Of a stretch of 64,000 nucleotides of DNA, positions 57,245 to 64,000 are shown piece after piece. The stretch is taken from positions 48,367-112,366 of the forward strand of contig JACPGB010000047.1 in the NCBI GenBank assembly GCA_016182655.1, read 5' to 3'. Both the position numbers and the translations under genes were made by a program. The notes beneath the pieces were generated by a model, which worked only from the letters and a program-made list of their open reading frames with translations, was not told where the DNA came from and made no database searches. The DNA is from Deltaproteobacteria bacterium (GTDB lineage Bacteria; Desulfobacterota; GWC2-55-46). The stretch's first letter is position 1; each line of letters starts with the position of its first letter.

Positions 57245-59404
57245 TCAGGCTGCCGCCCGTTCAACGGCCTCGATGAGCCGCGGGATGTCGAGTATTAGCG
57301 CGACTTCGCCGTTCCCCATTATCGTTGCCCCGGATATGCCCTTTATCTCTTTGTACGCCTTGGAGAGCGACTTGATGACGGTCTGGACCTCGCCGAAGAG
57401 CTCATCCACTACAAGCCCTATCTTCGCCGAGCCGTACCTTACTATGATGATGTTCTCGTACCTGGCGTCCTTGCCTTCAAGCCCGAAGTAGCGTTTAAGC
57501 CTTACGTACGGCAGGACCTCGCCCCTCAAGTTTATGTAGCTACTCCTGTTGCCTTCCCTCTCGGATTCCGGGAGCTCCACGCATTCCACGACCATGTCGA
57601 GCGGTATTACGTACGAAGACCCGGCTACCCCGACCCTGAAGCCGTCGATGATGGCGAGCGTTAGTGGTAGCCTTATGCGGACGACCGTGCCAGAGCCTTC
57701 AACGCTCTCGACATCGACCGACCCGCGTAGCGCTTCGATGTTCCTTTTGACCACGTCCATGCCGACACCCCTGCCCGAGAGCTTGGTGACGGATTCGGCG
57801 GTCGAGAAGCCCGGCTCGAATATGACGCGGAATATCTCGGAGTCCGAGTACTGCTGACCGGGGGCGAGGAGCCCCTGTCCGATGGCCTTCTCCAGTATCC
57901 TCTTTTTATTGAGCCCCCTGCCGTCGTCGGTTATCTCGATCGTTATCGAGCCCGCGTCGTGGAAGGCGTTAAGCCTTATCGTCCCAATAACGGGCTTTCC
58001 AGCGGAGGCGCGCGCCTCCGCCTTCTCGATCCCGTGGTCTGCCGCGTTTCTCACTATGTGCATGAGCGGATCGCTTATTTTTTCGACCACCGTCTTGTCG
58101 AGCTCGGTCTCTCCGCCTTTTATCTCGAGCGCAATCTCCTTGCCCGTATCCCTGCTTATGTCGCGGACTACCCTGTTGAACCTGCTGAAGGTCTCGCCGA
58201 TGGGGACCATCCTTATCTTCATCGAAGTGTCCCTTATCTCCTCGACGAGCCTCAGCATGGATGAGGCGGACTCAAGGAGCCACGCGTCCTTTACCCTTTG
58301 CGCCTGCTGGTCGATGTTGGCGCTTGCTATGACGAGCTCTCCGACGAGGTTTATGAGCCCGTCAAGCTTGTCGGCGTCGACGCGGATGGTCCGCGCCTCC
58401 TTAGACCTCGTCTCCTGTGTCTTCTTCTGCTTTTCGAGCGCGGCGTCGACTATGTCGGATTGGACCATCCCCTCGGTCACGAATATCTCGCCTATGAGGC
58501 GTTTGGAGCCGTCGGAGGCGGCCTCCGAGGACTTCTGTAGCGAGAGCGCCTCATCGAGCTCTGTCTTCGTAAGAGCCCCGCCCTTTACGAGTATCTCTCC
58601 CAAAAGGACCGTATCCTCGGGAAGGTCCCTTATGAGGTCCACGTAGGACTCGACCCTGCTGTGCGGCGGGAGTATCGCTATCATGCAGTCCTCGCGGACG
58701 AACTCGAATACGCCCTCGATCGCTTTTTTGTCGAAGTCGCTCTTGAAGTCGATCTCGAATCCGAGATAACAGGTCTCGGGGTCCATATCCTCAACGCCCG
58801 GTATCGAATCGAAGAGTGTCGATATCGAGATTATCTCGCCGAGCTTTCCGAGGTACGAGATGAACGAGGCCGGGTCCATGCCGGAGCGGAGCACATCCGG
58901 GCCGAACCGCAGCGATATGTGCCATGCGTCCGTCGAAGACAACCTGCCGGACTCAGGCGTATCCGTAACCGGGCCTTTAACGGCGCGCTTCTCCGGGACC
59001 TCCTCCTTTTTCACGAGAAGGGCCGAGAGCCTCTCGGTCAGGCCCGCTTCCTTGATCTCGGTAAGGGCAGGGACAGCGGCGTCCGAGGCCGCGAGCTCTA
59101 TAAGCGTCTTCGTGTGGTCCCTGCACTCGAGGAGGAGCTCGATCGTCGCGCTCGTTAACGTGAACGCGCCGTCGCGGACATTGGAGAGGAGGTTTTCGAC
59201 GAGATGGGTGAACTTCTCGACCGTCTCCATCCCGAGTATCCCGGAGGCGCCCTTTATCGTATGGGCCGACCTGAAGAGCGAGTTTATCGTGTCGGCGTCA
59301 CCCGGGTTTTTTTCGAGGGAGAGAAGCACGTTCTCCATCTCCTCCAGGAGCTCCGCGCTCTCAGTCATGAATGTCTGCCTTGCCTGCCCTAACTCGATGT
59401 CCAT
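57245..59404 (-). CDS. cheA: Chemotaxis histidine kinase CheA (Hpt-P2-dimerisation-HATPase-CheW-like)
   Basis: Hpt HTIKGASG motif. Confidence 0.9.
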   Translation of the reverse strand: MDIELGQARQTFMTESAELLEEMENVLLSLEKNPGDADTINSLFRSAHTIKGASGILGMETVEKFTHLVENLLSNVRDGAFTLTSATIELLLECRDHTKTLIELAASDAAVPALTEIKEAGLTERLSALLVKKEEVPEKRAVKGPVTDTPESGRLSSTDAWHISLRFGPDVLRSGMDPASFISYLGKLGEIISISTLFDSIPGVEDMDPETCYLGFEIDFKSDFDKKAIEGVFEFVREDCMIAILPPHSRVESYVDLIRDLPEDTVLLGEILVKGGALTKTELDEALSLQKSSEAASDGSKRLIGEIFVTEGMVQSDIVDAALEKQKKTQETRSKEARTIRVDADKLDGLINLVGELVIASANIDQQAQRVKDAWLLESASSMLRLVEEIRDTSMKIRMVPIGETFSRFNRVVRDISRDTGKEIALEIKGGETELDKTVVEKISDPLMHIVRNAADHGIEKAEARASAGKPVIGTIRLNAFHDAGSITIEITDDGRGLNKKRILEKAIGQGLLAPGQQYSDSEIFRVIFEPGFSTAESVTKLSGRGVGMDVVKRNIEALRGSVDVESVEGSGTVVRIRLPLTLAIIDGFRVGVAGSSYVIPLDMVVECVELPESEREGNRSSYINLRGEVLPYVRLKRYFGLEGKDARYENIIIVRYGSAKIGLVVDELFGEVQTVIKSLSKAYKEIKGISGATIMGNGEVALILDIPRLIEAVERAAA

Positions 59405-59415
59405 TTAAGCGTTCC

Positions 59416-59730
59416 TTATCTGTTGTGGTCTGCGGAGCAGTTCAGGTATTCGCCGACGGAGAAGAGGTCTATCACCGCACGGGCGGCCTCCGAGGCGTTC
59501 ACGATTGAAAACGCCCTGCCCGAGGCCTCGGCCTCTCTCTTGGCGAGCAACAGCAGTTGAAGCCCCGTAGTGTCCAATTCGGTTGCGCCCGAGAGGTCGA
59601 TTTGAAGCGGCTCATGGCGCGCAAGCGCCTCAACGACGCCTTTTTTAAGGTCAAGGGCGTGGTATATGTTCATCTCCCCGGTTACGAGCGCGGTACAGAG
59701 GCCGTCCTTGTTTTCGTGCTTTATTTCCAT
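59416..59730 (-). CDS. STAS-domain protein (anti-sigma-factor antagonist-like)
   Basis: Start at MEIKHENKDG. SpoIIAA-like fold pattern. Confidence 0.6.
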   Translation of the reverse strand: MEIKHENKDGLCTALVTGEMNIYHALDLKKGVVEALARHEPLQIDLSGATELDTTGLQLLLLAKREAEASGRAFSIVNASEAARAVIDLFSVGEYLNCSADHNR

Positions 59731-59740
59731 TTTCCCTCCG

Positions 59741-60109
59741 TCACGGCACGATGAGCTTCGAGATCGCCTCAAGCATCTGCTCGGGCTTGAAGGGCTTCAC
59801 GACCCATGCCTTTGCCCCGGCCATCTTGCCTTCCTGCTTTTTATTCTCCTGCGACTCGGTCGTGAGCATGATGACCGGCGTGAACCTGTAGGATGTGTTC
59901 GTCTTCACGTTCTTCAAAAAAGAGATGCCGTCCATGTTCGGCATATTTACGTCGCAGATCATGAGGTTTATCTTCTGCCCCTGGAGCTTGGAGATAGCGT
60001 CCTGCCCGTCGCAGGCCTCGATGACGTCGTAACCCGCCTTCTTGAGCGTCAGGTTGACGACCTGCCTTATCGAGGCCGAATCGTCTATCACCATGATAGT
60101 CTTTGCCAT
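59741..60109 (-). CDS. cheY: CheY-like single-domain response regulator
   Basis: 122 aa with D10, the D53 region (MICDVNMP) and K105 conserved. Confidence 0.85.
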   Translation of the reverse strand: MAKTIMVIDDSASIRQVVNLTLKKAGYDVIEACDGQDAISKLQGQKINLMICDVNMPNMDGISFLKNVKTNTSYRFTPVIMLTTESQENKKQEGKMAGAKAWVVKPFKPEQMLEAISKLIVP

Positions 60110-60130
60110 TTGCCGTTCCTCCCTGGTTCG

Positions 60131-61468
60131 TTAAAAAAATGTCACGTCGCTCTGAGCCACCTTCGGCGTTGCCTTCCCCTTCGCGGCCTTGTTGCCTCCG
60201 GCAACGACCTCGAGATGGACCGACCTCTGGCGCTCCATGACGTAATACTTCTTGATGTCCTCTATGTCGAACTCCGCCGTCCTGCACTCGCCTACGCAGG
60301 CCGCGTCCTCCTTCATGCACTCCTGGAGGCTTACTATGAAGGCGTCGGTGTCGTTGATGGTCCGTATGACGAGCTCTATCTGCTGGCGGACGATGTCCTG
60401 GAACTGCACATTGGCGAGGAGCTCCGTCACTTCCCGCGCCACCTCGTCGCTCGATATCGAAACATGGCCGAGTACCTCGTGGTTCAGCCTGTCGAGTTCC
60501 TTATAGCTCCCGCCGAGCCTGGCGAGCTGGCTTTCGAGCGAGAGGAGCATCGAGCTCTCGTCGCTACCCGCCTTCTGGTTGAGCTTTACCGCGAACTTCT
60601 CCTCTATCTCCCCGGCCATCTCGTTCATCGCGTGCCCTATTTTCGTTGCGGCCGCGTCGGACTGCGTGGAGAGTTTTCTCACCTCCTGGGCTACTATCGC
60701 GAAACCCCTGCCGTGCTCTCCGGCTCTCGCCGCCTCTATGGCGGCGTTCAGCGCCAGCAGGTTCGTCTGGTCGCTTATTTCCTTCAGAAGCTCGACGAAC
60801 CTGGTCATGGAGCGGGCCTTCTCCGCGAGCGCCAGCACCGTCTTGTAGTCCTTGTCCACTTCCTGGAGGCGCCTGTCTATGTACTTGCGGAGATCCGCTA
60901 TCGTCTCCTCGTTCGCCGCAATCGTCTCATTGGACTCAGCGGCGAGCGCCTCGCTCTGGCCCTGGAGCTCCCTTATCGTCGACTGCATCGAGGTCATCGA
61001 GGAGTCGATCTCCTGGGACTGGGCTATTATCCTGTTCGCCGCCTCCGCTGTCTCATCCACTATCTGGTTCAGATGGCCGTTCGTGAGCTTGTTTATGTCG
61101 TGCTGTGTGTTGAAGAACCTCTCGACCTTCGCCTCGCGGTTGCGGTGGTGGACACTGCCTTGCGTGAACTCCTCGACGAGCTCCGTCTCGGATTCGGCGA
61201 TGTCAGGAAGCGGCCTCCTCGCCCATTTTACGCTCAAGCCCTGGATGATGACGGCTCCGGTCACGAGCCATAACGCGCCTTCGATCGCCCTCGCGTACCT
61301 CCCTGTCAGAAACCCTCCGAGGAGTTCATTTATATGGTCCAGGAGGAAGAGTTCGATTACGACCGATGCCGCGAGCGCGGCGAGCGTGGATTTAAAAAGT
61401 ATCCGCCTGTACGCCGGGATATACAGGAAGAGGAACTGGTCGGATCTTTTTTTGGCGGCTGATGTCAT
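60131..61468 (-). CDS. Methyl-accepting chemotaxis protein (two TM helices, short periplasmic loop)
   Basis: MA domain ([33 protein letters not shown]). Confidence 0.85.
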   Translation of the reverse strand: MTSAAKKRSDQFLFLYIPAYRRILFKSTLAALAASVVIELFLLDHINELLGGFLTGRYARAIEGALWLVTGAVIIQGLSVKWARRPLPDIAESETELVEEFTQGSVHHRNREAKVERFFNTQHDINKLTNGHLNQIVDETAEAANRIIAQSQEIDSSMTSMQSTIRELQGQSEALAAESNETIAANEETIADLRKYIDRRLQEVDKDYKTVLALAEKARSMTRFVELLKEISDQTNLLALNAAIEAARAGEHGRGFAIVAQEVRKLSTQSDAAATKIGHAMNEMAGEIEEKFAVKLNQKAGSDESSMLLSLESQLARLGGSYKELDRLNHEVLGHVSISSDEVAREVTELLANVQFQDIVRQQIELVIRTINDTDAFIVSLQECMKEDAACVGECRTAEFDIEDIKKYYVMERQRSVHLEVVAGGNKAAKGKATPKVAQSDVTFF

Positions 61469-61705
61469 TCGTAAGGCGCCTTTCAGGATCTATGAGCGCG
61501 TCACGCTCTTAAGGGCGTTCCGCTTTTACGCATACATCCTTATCGGACCGGGCACTTTCGAGATACATAGCCAGAAAGATTGAATTTTCAGGTAGGCTGA
61601 GGGATTACGGGTCGGGTGTCCGAAGGGTCTATTCCGGAGTAGTCCCCGGGACTAGTCTCGCCTGACTTTGAATTTGGTTGTAAAAGGCCGGAGGGCAGGT
61701 TAGAC

Positions 61706-62683
61706 TTGGAACCCATGGTAAGGATACTCTCTCATTCAGGGGACAATACGCTCTCAGAGCCCGGCGTAAACGAGCTCGGCGAGCTCCTCGCCGACGCGAA
61801 GCGCCTCACATGGGTCGACCTCTACAACCCGACGGACGAGGAGTTGAAGCTCCTGACCGATGTCTTCCGGTTTCACCCGCTCTCCATAGAAGACTGCCTC
61901 TCCTTCGTCCCGAACCCCAAGATAGACGACTACATCGACTACCTCTACATAGTCATCCACGGCATAGACGCCGAAGCGCTCAAGAAAGACGAGCTAAAGA
62001 CCCACGACCTCGACATCTTCCTCGGGAAGAACTACCTCGTAACCTTCCGCAAGGGCTCTTTCAGGTCGATCGAGTCAGTGATGGAGCGGTGCAGGAAAAA
62101 CCCGGCGCTTATGGGGAAGGAGCCCGAGTGGCTCATGCACAAGGTCATAGACACGCTCGTCGACAATTACCTCCCTCTCATGGATTCCATCAGCGAGGAA
62201 ATCGACGAGATAGAGAAGGAGTCGTTCGAAAAGGCCGGCCCCGAGACCCCCAGAAAAGTACTCGCCCTCAAGAAGGACATCCTCTACCTCGGCCGGATCA
62301 TCCACCCGCAGAGGGAGATATTGAGACAGCTCTCGGGCTCCGAGTACCCGATAATATGCTTCGAGTGCTCGCTACACTTTAAAGACGTCTACGACCACCT
62401 CTTCATGCTCTCCGAGCTCATCGAGTCCCACAGGGACTCCTTGAACAGCGTCATGGAGGTCTATTTGTCCTCCGTCTCCAACAGGCTGAACGAGATAATG
62501 AAGGTCCTTACGGTAATAGCCACCATAATGATGCCGCTTACGCTGTTGTCCGGCATATACGGCATGAACTTCGCGCATATCCCCCTTGCCGACTCCCCCT
62601 GGGGCTTTTACATCGCGCTGGCGGTCCTGGCCCTCCTCGGGGGCGGGATGCTCCTCTTTTTCAAAAAGCGGGGCTGGTGGTAG
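61706..62683 (+). CDS. corA: Magnesium/cobalt transporter CorA
   Basis: GMN motif (YGMNF) and two C-terminal TM helices. Confidence 0.85.
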   Translation: MEPMVRILSHSGDNTLSEPGVNELGELLADAKRLTWVDLYNPTDEELKLLTDVFRFHPLSIEDCLSFVPNPKIDDYIDYLYIVIHGIDAEALKKDELKTHDLDIFLGKNYLVTFRKGSFRSIESVMERCRKNPALMGKEPEWLMHKVIDTLVDNYLPLMDSISEEIDEIEKESFEKAGPETPRKVLALKKDILYLGRIIHPQREILRQLSGSEYPIICFECSLHFKDVYDHLFMLSELIESHRDSLNSVMEVYLSSVSNRLNEIMKVLTVIATIMMPLTLLSGIYGMNFAHIPLADSPWGFYIALAVLALLGGGMLLFFKKRGWW

Positions 62684-62686
62684 GTC

Positions 62687-63050
62687 CTCGCCGGACGGGC
62701 AAATCCGCATCCAACGCCTGAGTTGTCTGATTGCCTAAAGCCACCCGATTTGAATTTGGCCCTGCGCCAAGCAGGCCTCGCCGGGCAGGCAAATCCGTAT
62801 CCAACGCCTGTGTTATCTGATTGCCTAAAGCCACCCGATTTGAATCTGGCCCTGCGCCGAGCAGGCCTCGCCGGGCAGGCAAATCCGTATCCAACGCCTG
62901 TGTTATCTGATTGCCTAAAGCCACCCGATTTGAATCTGGCCCTGCGCCGGGCAGTCCTCGCCGGACGGGCAAATCCGTATCCAACGCCTGTGTTATCTGA
63001 TTGCCTAAAGCCACCCGATTTGAATCTGGCCCTGCGCCGAGCAGTCCTCA
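62687..63050. repeat. Four tandem, nearly identical ~90-nt units of the dispersed ~90-nt element family
   Basis: Unit: ctcgccggRcRggcaaatccgYatccaacgcctgWgttRtctgattgcctaaagccacccgatttgaatYtggccctgcgccRRgcagKc. The units are contiguous, with no unique spacers. Confidence 0.85.
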
Positions 63051-63169
63051 TCGCTTAAAAAATCCTTAAAATCTCCTCTCTTAACTTCATCCCTGCAGTC
63101 TTTAATCCTTCGGCTATACTTAATTCATACGTCCTGAATCTGTCATCCTCATAATAATGGAGGGCGGTC

Positions 63170-63817
63170 ATGGCTGAGGCAGAGCCTTTCAGGTTCCACG
63201 AGTGTTTCGCGCTCATAAGGCTGACCGGCAGGCGAGCGAGCGACATCCTCGAGCTCCTCGAGATAATAAAGCAGGTCTCGAAGGGCTCCATCTTCCACCA
63301 CATGCACCAGTACTTCATAAAATCGTACATCGTCCCCCCGGAGTTCCCGAACGACTTCGCGGTCTGGGTCGCCGACTCTCTTGGAGAGCAGAACCTCGCC
63401 GAGGGGCTCGCGAACCTCAACCCGTTCGAGTTCGAGAACATCGAGGACATAAGGTCCGAGCTCGTGAGGATAATAACCGAGCACCTGAAGAACTACCCCA
63501 TGCCGAGGCCGGTCCTGCCCGGCAGGGAGTTCATGTTCAACGAGGGCGTGACCATGGTCCTGCCTACCTCGATTACGGCGGCCACGCTCCACGACTTCGC
63601 TCGGGCATTGAGGGAGGTCGACCCGTCGTCCATATACTTCCACTTCTACGAGGCGCGCCTCCGGCTCGGCAAGGAGGAGGACGACTTCACCCATTATATC
63701 GATGAGTGCCTCGAGTGCCCGGGCCTGGCCAGGAGGATAAAGACGATGGACCCATACATGTACTCGACCGAGGTCCTGAGGGATAAATTCATACGGATCA
63801 TAGAAGAGGCGCTATGA
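63170..63817 (+). CDS. Hypothetical protein (possibly DUF5752-like), translationally coupled to the downstream GT4 gene
   Basis: 215 aa. ATGA stop/start overlap with the next gene. Confidence 0.4.
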   Translation: MAEAEPFRFHECFALIRLTGRRASDILELLEIIKQVSKGSIFHHMHQYFIKSYIVPPEFPNDFAVWVADSLGEQNLAEGLANLNPFEFENIEDIRSELVRIITEHLKNYPMPRPVLPGREFMFNEGVTMVLPTSITAATLHDFARALREVDPSSIYFHFYEARLRLGKEEDDFTHYIDECLECPGLARRIKTMDPYMYSTEVLRDKFIRIIEEAL

Positions 63818-64000
63818 AAAGCATCCGCGATTACAAGGGCATTTCCGAGCAGGGCGACTTGCGGGCCATAGAAGCGATGGCCGCGAAGCTCAAGGGCAGG
63901 ACGATGCTCCATGTAAACTCGACAGCCGAGGGCGGAGGGGTAGCCGAGCTCCTCCAGCGCATAGTCCCGCTCCTTAAGGACATCGGGCTCGACGTCAGGT
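63814..64000 (+). CDS. GT4 glycosyltransferase N-terminus (TreT/trehalose-synthase-like), truncated by the window edge
   Basis: MLHVNSTAEGGGVAELLQRIVPLL matches the TreT-type N-terminal motif. Confidence 0.5.
   Translation, partial: MKSIRDYKGISEQGDLRAIEAMAAKLKGRTMLHVNSTAEGGGVAELLQRIVPLLKDIGLDVR

Noticed and set aside
62687-63050. CRISPR array interpretation of the tandem repeats
   Set aside because: The units are contiguous and nearly identical over their full length, so there are no unique spacers between short repeats. No cas genes are nearby.
62608-63058. Three overlapping ORFs with internally repeated peptide sequence over the tandem array
   Set aside because: Direct translation of the 4x 90-nt tandem repeat in three frames and both strands. 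Not coding.

Overview
This is a GC-rich (~60%) bacterial chromosomal segment that is densely coding on both strands. It is mostly ordinary housekeeping, envelope and signalling content, with no obvious horizontally acquired island (no transposase or integrase; GC looks uniform by eye). Content in order:

- a partial ald-like gene at the left edge, then an AcuC/histone-deacetylase-family gene
- a MacA/MacB/TolC-type tripartite efflux operon
- a MetV-like protein next to FolD
- a Kef-type K+/H+ antiporter
- a REC-PAS-GGDEF-EAL protein, a dGTPase-like protein and an Slp lipoprotein
- QueC, a fused APH-like kinase/P-loop kinase, and Hpt
- a zinc-ribbon/DUF3426 protein with a hypothetical partner
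- TatA and TonB
- a RES-Xre toxin-antitoxin pair
- the complete glycine cleavage operon gcvT-gcvH-gcvPA-gcvPB
- MntH, pyruvate kinase, a CaCA antiporter, an alpha-glucan phosphorylase, a TPR-Slt lytic transglycosylase
- a PAS-GAF-HD-GYP protein and an M48 peptidase
- an envelope cluster (YHS-like, HExxH, HAMP, SurA-like, TMTC-like, DsbA)
- a tetraheme c-type cytochrome
- an 11-gene chemosensory cluster (MCP-CheY-STAS-CheA-MCP-CheW-CheR-CheD-HK-CheD-CheB)
- CorA, a hypothetical protein, and the start of a GT4 (TreT-like) glycosyltransferase

The least conventional signals are four. First, a modular family of G/C-rich palindromic intergenic repeats occupies at least eight intergenic loci, including a ~90-nt element present in about 11 copies, one of which is a perfect 4x tandem array. 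Second, the architecture of the chemosensory cluster: an orphan cytoplasmic histidine kinase flanked by two CheD paralogs, plus a STAS protein. Third, a strongly Shine-Dalgarno-preceded 45-aa ORF downstream of queC. Fourth, a gcv operon with a sigma70 promoter but no recognisable glycine riboswitch.

I see no clear evidence of a wholly new defence or mobile system. Most novelty calls here are inference from sequence patterns and need database or structure checks. Lineage is a loose guess: an anaerobic Deltaproteobacteria-like or similar organism, based on multiheme cytochromes, MetV, and many Che and c-di-GMP genes.
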